A model generated the notes under the pieces. It did not search any database. It was not told where the DNA came from and worked only from the letters and a program-made list of their open reading frames with translations. Positions 50,234 to 58,116 of a stretch of 64,000 nt of DNA are shown one piece after another. The position numbers were made by a program, and so were the translations under genes. Location of the stretch: the IMG/VR virus record IMGVR_UViG_3300032282_002789, one strand, 5' to 3'. How positions within the stretch are numbered: position 1 is the first letter of the stretch; each line of letters begins with the position of its first letter. The stretch is from an uncultured virus (IMG/VR IMGVR_UViG_3300032282_002789) (Duplodnaviria; Heunggongvirae; Uroviricota; Caudoviricetes).

Positions 50234-50798
50234 TGGTGGTTTACCAAAAGACTGCCAAGTAGTAATTGGTATTGATCAATCTTTAACTGGGTTTGCTTTT
50301 ACTGCAATGAAATACGATGAACCCAATAAATATATGACATGGGTTTATAAATCTCCATATTTTGGAATAGAACGTTTAGCCGATATTAGACAATGGCTCA
50401 TTGATCACTATGATTATTTAAAAGAACAAAACAATGTTGTTCTTGATACTGCTATGGAAGGTACCGTGCTGGCTAGTCATGCAGCCTTAGTATTAGGAGA
50501 GTTATCTGCTTTAGTCCGCATAACTATCTATGATTATTTTGATGATGATGTTAGAAAGTACCCTTTAAAAGTTCCACCTATGACCCTTAAAAAGTTTGCA
50601 GCAGGCAAAGGAAATGCCAAAAAACAAGAGATGTTGTTACAGATATACAAACGATGGGGCATAGAGTTTAATGATGATAATGCCGCAGATTCTTACGCTC
50701 TTGCAAGGCTCTTAGGAAAAAACTTCTATAACGAGGTTGAGAAGGCAGTTGCCGAACAAATGAAAGATTCTAAATACAGAGACCAACCTCGTCTTTAG
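50214..50798 (+). CDS. RuvC-like Holliday junction resolvase
   Basis: IGIDQSLTG, AMEG, LKKFAAGKGNAKK, DDNAADS; start 50199 or 50214. Confidence 0.85.
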   Translation: MPTKAIDGGLPKDCQVVIGIDQSLTGFAFTAMKYDEPNKYMTWVYKSPYFGIERLADIRQWLIDHYDYLKEQNNVVLDTAMEGTVLASHAALVLGELSALVRITIYDYFDDDVRKYPLKVPPMTLKKFAAGKGNAKKQEMLLQIYKRWGIEFNDDNAADSYALARLLGKNFYNEVEKAVAEQMKDSKYRDQPRL

Positions 50799-50851
50799 CC
50801 TTACCATTTAGACCAGGAGCGGCACACCAATTCGAACCAAAGGACTAACAA

Positions 50852-51145
50852 TTGAATACAGAACCCGTAGTAATTCCCGCTGAAGAACCTTTTTTAAGAG
50901 TAAGTGCAAGTTCAAATCCTCAAAGTGTTGCATCAGCAATAGCCCATGCAATTTACGATAAACACGAAGTTAAATTACGTGCAGTTGGCGCTGGAGCAGT
51001 AAACCAAGCAGTTAAGGCAATTGCAATTTCTCGTGGATATGTAGCCCCTAGAGGTTTAGATTTAACCTGTAAACCAGGCTTTACAACCATTGAAAGCCGT
51101 GACGGAGAAATTTCCGCCATTGTGTTTGCCATTTCAGCAAGTTAA
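50852..51145 (+). CDS. spoVS: SpoVS-family (Alba-like) protein
   Basis: LRVSASSNPQSVASAIA...AVGAGAVNQAVKAIAISRG...PGF. Confidence 0.88.
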   Translation: MNTEPVVIPAEEPFLRVSASSNPQSVASAIAHAIYDKHEVKLRAVGAGAVNQAVKAIAISRGYVAPRGLDLTCKPGFTTIESRDGEISAIVFAISAS

Positions 51146-51182
51146 AAGAGATCTATCCTTAGACATACCGTAAGGAGTAAAT

Positions 51183-51599
51183 ATGGCAACTTGGACATCA
51201 TTAGGTCACGCAATGCGTCGTCGCATGGGTGCACCTTCATCCCATCTAGAGTCAGCAGGTAAAAAAATGAGTAAAGAATTATCACCAGAACAAGTTATTG
51301 CATCTGGAGCCCGTGCTTATATGGGTAGCGATGCCAATAACTTTAATAACGTAAGCGGAACTCCTGCTGTTGGCAAACTAATGCCAAAGAAAAATACACA
51401 AGCAGCAGAACCAAATTACGGTACAAAAGCAAACAAACAAAACATTGAACGTAAAGGTGCTCAGTATCGCATCACCGCAAAAATGCCAGCGCAAACTTCT
51501 CCAGAAGCAGGCGCAACAATGATGAATGCACGCACAATCCCTTCTGTTGTTGGACGTCAAAACCCTAACTTTCAGGGTGGAATGAGCGACGCTTACTAA
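51183..51599 (+). CDS. hypothetical low-complexity protein
   Basis: AAGGAG SD. Confidence 0.65.
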   Translation: MATWTSLGHAMRRRMGAPSSHLESAGKKMSKELSPEQVIASGARAYMGSDANNFNNVSGTPAVGKLMPKKNTQAAEPNYGTKANKQNIERKGAQYRITAKMPAQTSPEAGATMMNARTIPSVVGRQNPNFQGGMSDAY

Positions 51600-51600
51600 T

Positions 51601-51864
51601 ATGCCATTGTCGAATTCACAATTCGGCGGTAGCAATACGTATTCTTCAATGGCTGATACGCCAGATGTAGAAATGCCGCTTTCATTAAGCAAGAACACAC
51701 TAGGTTCCACTGCCTCTGCAACCGCATGGAAAAATAGAAGTTTAGGTGGCGGTAAACCCCTGTCTTTATCAAGTAAAACTTCTGGCACAACATTTAATTG
51801 GGATGATACTTCTTCTCCAGCATCGGTTCCTCAATCTGATAGAGGTGCTGGACGAAATGCTTAG
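51601..51864 (+). CDS. hypothetical Ser-rich protein
   Basis: N-terminal LSNSQF. Confidence 0.6.
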   Translation: MPLSNSQFGGSNTYSSMADTPDVEMPLSLSKNTLGSTASATAWKNRSLGGGKPLSLSSKTSGTTFNWDDTSSPASVPQSDRGAGRNA

Positions 51865-52432
51865 CAATGAACAGTTTGCTGAATTAGCCAATAAAGGTGG
51901 AGCCAGTCGTAGTTTTAAAACTGGAGAATCACCAAAAGGTCCAGGAGTTATGGTTTCTGTTCCTGGTGCTGAAAAAATTACAGATGCTCCTTATACAGCA
52001 GAACAAGCAAAAAATTTTAAAGAAGAACATGCAACAAAAACCAAGGGTGATGTTTATCAAGGTGCATGGAAAACTGGTGGAAAAGTATTTTCTGATATAA
52101 GTATTAAACACAATACACTTCCAGAAGCACGTAAGGCTGGCGTAGAAAATAGCCAAATTGCTGGATACGATTTAGGTGGAACAGATAAACGTCGTATTGG
52201 TGGAGGAGATGTTTATTTTGGCCGTAAAATTACTGGTATTGAATCTAATCCAGAATTTATAGCAACTGCACATTCAACTGCAGAATACGAAAGAATGTCG
52301 CCAAAACCAAAGGCTCAAGAATTTGCAGAACAGTCTCATATAAGCCGTGGTGCTACATATAAAGGTAAAAAGATTTCAGTAAATGAAGTGTATGCAACTA
52401 TTGCAAAAAACCGTAGAAACAGAGGCGTCTAA
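51857..52432 (+). CDS. hypothetical protein
   Basis: N-terminal LSNEQF; coupled start. Confidence 0.7.
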   Translation: MLSNEQFAELANKGGASRSFKTGESPKGPGVMVSVPGAEKITDAPYTAEQAKNFKEEHATKTKGDVYQGAWKTGGKVFSDISIKHNTLPEARKAGVENSQIAGYDLGGTDKRRIGGGDVYFGRKITGIESNPEFIATAHSTAEYERMSPKPKAQEFAEQSHISRGATYKGKKISVNEVYATIAKNRRNRGV

Positions 52433-52965
52433 TGGCTGGCGGTTATAATAACTTTTCAGCAACACAAAACTGGCAGTCACTTGGTGGTGGCGGTTTAAAT
52501 GGTTATAACAATCAGACTGGTGCTGGAACTCCTGTAGCACGAGACACAATGGATTCGCTTCGAATCGGTGTTGGTCGTATTCCATCTGCAGAATATCCAG
52601 ATGGTTACTTAGGTACAATACGTTCTCGTCGTGATGATCGACTATTAGATTCCATTAAAAATCGTGTAAATCAAAAAGCGTATCAACGTGGTGTGCACAA
52701 GGGTGAACGTATTGAACCCTCTATGTATTACTGGCCAGAGGGTATGGATCCATTAATGGGTATTACCCGTCAAATGAAAGCCGTTCCAACAAACAATGAT
52801 GGCGCAGTAACTTATATGATCCCTCGTAATGCTCCACAGGTTCAATTAACTCCTGCCCCACACCTAGTTAATGATGGTAAAGCAAATACTATTGCTGATC
52901 AACCTGGACAGATTGATGCACGTCGTAAAGCAATGCTTGCTTATTTAAGACCAGCGTGGTCATAA
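52432..52965 (+). CDS. hypothetical protein
   Basis: AEYPDGYLGTI.SRR.DRLL...RGVHKGERI. Confidence 0.75.
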   Translation: MAGGYNNFSATQNWQSLGGGGLNGYNNQTGAGTPVARDTMDSLRIGVGRIPSAEYPDGYLGTIRSRRDDRLLDSIKNRVNQKAYQRGVHKGERIEPSMYYWPEGMDPLMGITRQMKAVPTNNDGAVTYMIPRNAPQVQLTPAPHLVNDGKANTIADQPGQIDARRKAMLAYLRPAWS

Positions 52966-52966
52966 A

Positions 52967-53641
52967 ATGGCAAAATTTGGTGTAGATCCACACGGTCGTT
53001 GGGATAAAAACATTGCAGAATCTCAATTTAAAAGTCATGTAGACAATATTATAAATAAATACCGTGAAGCAACTCCAGCATTGCTTGAAGGTGGTCATCA
53101 ATGGTATGAAAAAGCACATGACGTAGCAAACATTGTTGGTCGTGGAGATGTAAAAAAAGGTGCAGGAATAATTGCGGCACTCTCTCCAATGAATTCATGG
53201 GAAAGAAACATTGCTGAAGCACATGAACTTACTAAAACAGGTAATGTAGCAAGCGCCTTGTTACCAGCAAACGTTGATAAGGCTCGTAGAATTCATGAAG
53301 GAGAAGATCCTGAAAAAGTACTTGGTGGAAACAAAGTTAAAAGTTTTTATCAAAACATGGCAGATCCTAATAATCCTGGACCAGTAACAATTGATCGTCA
53401 TGCTCATGACATTGCTGTAGGTAAACCTTTTGTTGGTGCAGGTGGAGGTAAAGCAAAAAGTAATATTACTACTGGACCAAGTGGTCACGTCCCTATGACT
53501 GAAGATCTTGGTTTAAGTTCAATGGGTCGATACCAACACTTTGTACACGCATATCGACACGCTGCTGGCGAATTGAATGTTGACGTACCTAATAAAGTAC
53601 AAGCCACATCATGGGTAACTCACAGGGGAGCAATAGGATGA
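52967..53641 (+). CDS. DUF7178-like protein (helical, DNA-glycosylase-like)
   Basis: WY..A, AGIIAALSP...W..N, KV.SF, VTIDRHA, QA.SW. Confidence 0.65.
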   Translation: MAKFGVDPHGRWDKNIAESQFKSHVDNIINKYREATPALLEGGHQWYEKAHDVANIVGRGDVKKGAGIIAALSPMNSWERNIAEAHELTKTGNVASALLPANVDKARRIHEGEDPEKVLGGNKVKSFYQNMADPNNPGPVTIDRHAHDIAVGKPFVGAGGGKAKSNITTGPSGHVPMTEDLGLSSMGRYQHFVHAYRHAAGELNVDVPNKVQATSWVTHRGAIG

Positions 53642-54000
53642 CACAACCAGTTGATGGCGTGTATGACCACACCAAACCTTGGCGTGCTCCACTAAAGCCT
53701 GATCAAGTAGCAAAAAGGTATTCTTATAATGGTCCATGGGCATCAAACATGGAACGCCTAACTCAACAGGCTCTAATGGTTATGGCTATTCCTGGTAAAG
53801 ATATTCAAGAGATGGTTAGACCACCACTTCCACAAATTCAATTATTTCCAGATAGATTTGGTTATGGAGATCGTTCTCAACCTGGAATTGATGACATTGT
53901 AACTATCGACAGAAAGTATGCCGAACCAAGAGTATCCTGGTTCTCTGGCGGTGTTGCTGGTTATCAAGCAGCCGAACGAAACGCACTAGGGAGTAACTGA
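53638..54000 (+). CDS. hypothetical protein
   Basis: coupled ORF. Confidence 0.65.
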   Translation: MTQPVDGVYDHTKPWRAPLKPDQVAKRYSYNGPWASNMERLTQQALMVMAIPGKDIQEMVRPPLPQIQLFPDRFGYGDRSQPGIDDIVTIDRKYAEPRVSWFSGGVAGYQAAERNALGSN

Positions 54001-54200
54001 TGCCAACTATGGTCCCTGATCGTGGCAATGATCCAAAACGTCAAATGTCATATCTACAAGAAGTAGATAGAGGAAAACGTAGATCACGAGTTAGTCCAAC
54101 TGAATACAAAAATATGTTAGACGCTAGAAAACCAGGTAGTAAAGATCCTTTTTCTGGCTATCAGAAAAGAATCGGTGAATGGGATCCAGAAAGGTATTAA
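54000..54200 (+). CDS. small protein with VPDRGNDPKR leader
   Basis: TGATG coupling. Confidence 0.65.
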   Translation: MPTMVPDRGNDPKRQMSYLQEVDRGKRRSRVSPTEYKNMLDARKPGSKDPFSGYQKRIGEWDPERY

Positions 54201-54240
54201 TGATGGCAAACATAGTTCCTGATCGTGGCAATGATCCAAA
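54015..54240 (+). repeat. 23-bp exact direct repeat CCTGATCGTGGCAATGATCCAAA x2
   Basis: copies at 54015-54037 and 54218-54240. Confidence 0.9.
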
Positions 54241-54391
54241 GCGTGTTCCTGGTTCATACATGAGTTTAGTTAATAAAGCACAGGGTGACAATCCAAAATG
54301 GAAATGTGAATCTTGTGGTAAAAAAGGTGCACAAGATTATGCTGGTCAAGGGCGTGTTTGTGGAAATTGCGCAAATGAAAGGGGTTTTTAA
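54203..54391 (+). CDS. small zinc-finger protein with VPDRGNDPKR leader
   Basis: CESC...CGNC; start 54200 or 54203. Confidence 0.65.
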   Translation: MANIVPDRGNDPKRVPGSYMSLVNKAQGDNPKWKCESCGKKGAQDYAGQGRVCGNCANERGF

Positions 54392-54591
54392 TGGACGACG
54401 GAGATGGCATGATAACAATGGAATTACAAGCCAAACAGATTGCCGAGAATGTTATGAATTATAATGGTTCAGCACCATGTCCTACTTGTGGCGTTATGAT
54501 GAACCCAGTAGAGTTTATAGCCAATCGGGGGCACTGCATGTCTTGCTTGACTGACAGTAAATTACGAAAGATTAAGGGGAAAATGGCATGA
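54391..54591 (+). CDS. small zinc-finger protein
   Basis: CPTC...CMSC. Confidence 0.65.
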   Translation: MDDGDGMITMELQAKQIAENVMNYNGSAPCPTCGVMMNPVEFIANRGHCMSCLTDSKLRKIKGKMA

Positions 54592-54788
54592 TGTTATTTA
54601 ATGATCGTAGAAGAACTCGCATTCAGAGTGCTAAAGAACGACAAAGGGTACATAATTTAGTCAGGGACACAGGTAAATATATTTCTTCTCCAGAAGGAAA
54701 ATTTCCTGCATCTCGCAAAGAGCAGTACTCTCAATCTGCTCAAGCGGTAGATACCGTAATTGAGGCAAACAGAAAGAAGAAGAAATAA
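54588..54788 (+). CDS. small basic protein
   Basis: coupled ORF. Confidence 0.6.
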   Translation: MMLFNDRRRTRIQSAKERQRVHNLVRDTGKYISSPEGKFPASRKEQYSQSAQAVDTVIEANRKKKK

Positions 54789-54988
54789 TGGCCGTTAACT
54801 CATCTCGTTCAATGAATAAGTCACTTGATGAAGGTGCAACAGATGGAAAGTATCGTAAGGCTCGTCCTGATACTGAAGTAGGTCCAGAGTCATCTGGTAC
54901 TGAAGCAAACCGTCAAACCCTTCATCCTTTTTATGGTTATGGATTTCAAACCTCTGAGTATCCAAACAAGGTAAACCCAGGTAAATAA
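54788..54988 (+). CDS. hypothetical protein
   Basis: TAATG coupling. Confidence 0.6.
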   Translation: MAVNSSRSMNKSLDEGATDGKYRKARPDTEVGPESSGTEANRQTLHPFYGYGFQTSEYPNKVNPGK

Positions 54989-54990
54989 TC

Positions 54991-55281
54991 ATGGGTAGCA
55001 CGCAAGCAGAGGGATACGCTGCACACGATAAGCAGTTTAAACGTAATGGTAATGCTGGTTTGCTTGCTCATTTGCAAGGTAACCATTATCCACCAGTTCC
55101 AGCGTCAATGCTTGGACCATCAAAGCGTGCTATCTCCGCAGTAAACAAGGGCAAACATGATTCTAATATTAAACTTCCAGAGGGTGTAATGTATAAAGGT
55201 AAGAAATCAGCACCAGCATCTGCAATTGTTGAAGCACACCATCTACATGCGTGGTTAAACACAGATCAGTTTCAGGATTAA
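54991..55281 (+). CDS. hypothetical protein
   Basis: HLQGNHYPPVP...AIVEAHHLHAWL motif. Confidence 0.7.
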   Translation: MGSTQAEGYAAHDKQFKRNGNAGLLAHLQGNHYPPVPASMLGPSKRAISAVNKGKHDSNIKLPEGVMYKGKKSAPASAIVEAHHLHAWLNTDQFQD

Positions 55282-55283
55282 AT

Positions 55284-55634
55284 ATGGCAAAAGTAGCAAA
55301 GACTAATTTAGCAAAAGCACCAGACTTTATTGCTAGTAAAATTCCATTTCAAGCAGCAGCATTATCGGGTGTAGAAGGTACTACTGGCCCTGGTTATATG
55401 TCAGATGATGAAACCCGTGAGTATCGTAAATCAAATCCAACATACACTGTTCGTTCTTACGGAACTCCCATTGCATGGCATGGCGATGCTGGATGGCAAC
55501 ATTCAACCTCTAAATATTCAGTAACAACTTCTAAACATCAAAATCTTGTAAAACGTGCACTAAATGATCATTTCCAAAGTGGTCATGACAATGCAAAAAA
55601 TCCAGACTATGGCCTACCTCTTGGCGAAAAGTAA
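55284..55634 (+). CDS. hypothetical protein
   Basis: SYGTPIA...KYSVTTSKHQ motif. Confidence 0.7.
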   Translation: MAKVAKTNLAKAPDFIASKIPFQAAALSGVEGTTGPGYMSDDETREYRKSNPTYTVRSYGTPIAWHGDAGWQHSTSKYSVTTSKHQNLVKRALNDHFQSGHDNAKNPDYGLPLGEK

Positions 55635-55797
55635 AAACGGTGGGGGTCGTAATGACTCTCGTAAGTGCGGTAAAGCAAACAAAAAACGCCCAAAGTCAAA
55701 CGTAAAAAAGGGTAAGTCTTGCTGTGGATACTCAATTAAACGCACAGATCGTTTAGACCATAACCAAAGTCATCGTAAAATAGCCACAGCAGCCTAA
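55621..55797 (+). CDS. small basic protein
   Basis: K/R-rich frame; TTG start uncertain. Confidence 0.45.
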   Translation: MAKSKNGGGRNDSRKCGKANKKRPKSNVKKGKSCCGYSIKRTDRLDHNQSHRKIATAA

Positions 55798-55833
55798 GTA
55801 CGCTAGGCTACACGGACTACTATAAGGAGCATT

Positions 55834-56382
55834 ATGAGCAATATTCCAATTCTTGGTGAAAAGAAAAAAGACAATGAACCAATGTTTCGTTTGTTGTTTT
55901 GCCTTGTCTGCCAAACTTTAGAAGAACTACCACCTTACGAAGGTGTTCCAGAACAAGATTACTTATTGGCGGTTGCTTGTGAAAATCACGTCTTTCCTTC
56001 TGGAGAACCGCACAAAGGTAAATTGTTTGTATTGCCTTTAAGGGCTTGGGCTAAATCTGAATCTAAAAAAGAAATTATTCGTCAGATTAAAGGTGGCGGA
56101 TCTGCTGGTTTAGCAGAAATTGATGATACTTTTTATGATTCACGTTCCATATTTATGGATGATGCAATGACTTGCTATAAGCGTCATAACAAACCTACTG
56201 ACGGATGTTCTGACTGGCATGCTAGAGATAAAATGTTAGTTCCAAAAACTGCAAAAGAACGTAAAGCCGAAGGTATGGAGAAATACGAAGAATCTCCAGG
56301 AGCAAAAACATACCTATGTGATTTTTGTCCAGTAGCCATAGGTGTAGCACAACGTAAACAAAAACTGATGGGAATAAACTAA
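55834..56382 (+). CDS. Cys/His-rich metal-binding protein
   Basis: CLVC, H...H, C...H...C, CDFC; AAGGAG SD. Confidence 0.7.
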   Translation: MSNIPILGEKKKDNEPMFRLLFCLVCQTLEELPPYEGVPEQDYLLAVACENHVFPSGEPHKGKLFVLPLRAWAKSESKKEIIRQIKGGGSAGLAEIDDTFYDSRSIFMDDAMTCYKRHNKPTDGCSDWHARDKMLVPKTAKERKAEGMEKYEESPGAKTYLCDFCPVAIGVAQRKQKLMGIN

Positions 56383-56669
56383 TGACTGATAATCAAATTA
56401 AGACAGCCTTTACTGTAGGAATTAGACTTGATGGAAGTATTTTTACAGAGGTACTTGATACAAACGATATAATTACTCAAAAAGCAACTACTTTTGATAT
56501 TTATCAAAGTTGCAAAGAAATAGTCTCTGATATTGATAGTCAGTTACTTGCTGAAAGAGTAGCACGTACTGTAGTTGCTAGCCTACAACCAAGGGATAGC
56601 GCTACAGAACTTAAAGAAAAGTTGTTAAATGCGTTAAGCGATAGAGGCATAGATACCCCACAAGCCTAA
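56382..56669 (+). CDS. hypothetical protein
   Basis: TAATG coupling. Confidence 0.65.
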   Translation: MTDNQIKTAFTVGIRLDGSIFTEVLDTNDIITQKATTFDIYQSCKEIVSDIDSQLLAERVARTVVASLQPRDSATELKEKLLNALSDRGIDTPQA

Positions 56670-56682
56670 ATAGACATAGACT

Positions 56683-57627
56683 ATGTCTATGGACCGTTTT
56701 GATGGCTTAGAAAAGTATGTGGGACCTTTACAACTAGAGGAATCTGCAACATCCTATTTTTCTGCTCCAGAACAAGAATTAGATCAACAACTTTTTACTA
56801 ATACAACTTTAAAAGGTTGGGTTCGTAATGGTTTATTACAAAAACTTTATGACTTTTTAAATGCAATTTATCGACATCCTGATACTTGGACAACTGTTTG
56901 GTTGGCTGGATCTGCAGTTTCTTTTCAATGGGCAGCAGACCGTGAACCTGGTGATTTAGATGTATTAATTGGAGTTGATTACATAAATTTTAGAAAAGCC
57001 CATCCAGAATATCTGGGATTGTCTGACGTAGAAATTAGTAAAATGTTAAATGAAGATTTTAGAGAAAATCTTCAACCAGAAATGGAAAATTGGAATGGGT
57101 TTGAAGTTACTTTTTATGTAAACCCTGGGGCAACAGATATTAGAACTATTCAACCTTATGCTGCTTATGACTTAACCCATAATGAATGGACTGTATTCCC
57201 TAAACAAGAGGGTGCCCAAACTAATCCAGCATGGGAATCTGCAGCACAAAAAGATCGTTCAATGGCATCTGATATTGTAATGCGTTATTCACAAGCATTA
57301 ACTGATTTACAAAATTCAAAGAATGATGCTGCTCGTCGTAATGCAGAGTTTAAATTACAGAGTGCTTTGACTCAAGGATCAGCCCTTTTTGAAGATATCC
57401 ATCACTCTCGTAAGTACGCCTTTAGTAAAGAAGGTAAGGGATATAATGATTTTTATAATTATAGATGGCAGGCTGGTAAAAAATATGGAACAGTTCCAGC
57501 CTTACGAAAGATGGCAGACTATTTAAAATCTTATAAAACAAAACAAGCAGATGAAACCTATGGAATCGACTTACCAGATACTCAAACACTAATAAGAAGA
57601 GCGGCGACATACCGAGCAAAGGGATAA
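56683..57627 (+). CDS. Pol-beta-superfamily nucleotidyltransferase
   Basis: hGS (LAGS)...GDLDVL signature; start may be 56689. Confidence 0.8.
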   Translation: MSMDRFDGLEKYVGPLQLEESATSYFSAPEQELDQQLFTNTTLKGWVRNGLLQKLYDFLNAIYRHPDTWTTVWLAGSAVSFQWAADREPGDLDVLIGVDYINFRKAHPEYLGLSDVEISKMLNEDFRENLQPEMENWNGFEVTFYVNPGATDIRTIQPYAAYDLTHNEWTVFPKQEGAQTNPAWESAAQKDRSMASDIVMRYSQALTDLQNSKNDAARRNAEFKLQSALTQGSALFEDIHHSRKYAFSKEGKGYNDFYNYRWQAGKKYGTVPALRKMADYLKSYKTKQADETYGIDLPDTQTLIRRAATYRAKG

Positions 57628-58116
57628 ATGAATATACTCGTATCACTAGACGGCGTACTTAGTTCGGACACAGGAGAACCAATCCGAGCAGGAGTAATGC
57701 TTTACTATGCTTTAAATTTAAATAACCGAGTGGCTCTTATGACCTCACGAAAAACTGAGGACGCAGAACATTGGCTTCAATCTCACGGAATTATTAATTA
57801 CGATGATTTAATTGATTACTCCTTTAACCTTGAAGGTGAAGAGTTAAAGAAACGTCAATTTGTTATGAGCCGTAGTCGTGCTCCAATTGAAATGTACGTA
57901 GATGCGGATCCTGCCATGTGTGCATGGGTATTTGAAGAGCAAGGTATTCCAGCCATTATGTTTATGAACCCAGGGTATTTGGCTGTAGAACGCCGTCCTG
58001 ATGCTCCTAAAAAAGTAAGAACATGGAATCAAATTGAAGAATCCATAAATAGAGTAAATGTTGCTAGGTCAAAGGATGCAGCCAATCCAAAGGAACTAGA
58101 GTTCTGGGATGACTAA
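57628..58116 (+). CDS. HAD-fold protein with degenerate motif I
   Basis: ILVSLDGVL (Ser where the nucleophilic Asp sits), MTSR, YVDAD. Confidence 0.65.
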   Translation: MNILVSLDGVLSSDTGEPIRAGVMLYYALNLNNRVALMTSRKTEDAEHWLQSHGIINYDDLIDYSFNLEGEELKKRQFVMSRSRAPIEMYVDADPAMCAWVFEEQGIPAIMFMNPGYLAVERRPDAPKKVRTWNQIEESINRVNVARSKDAANPKELEFWDD

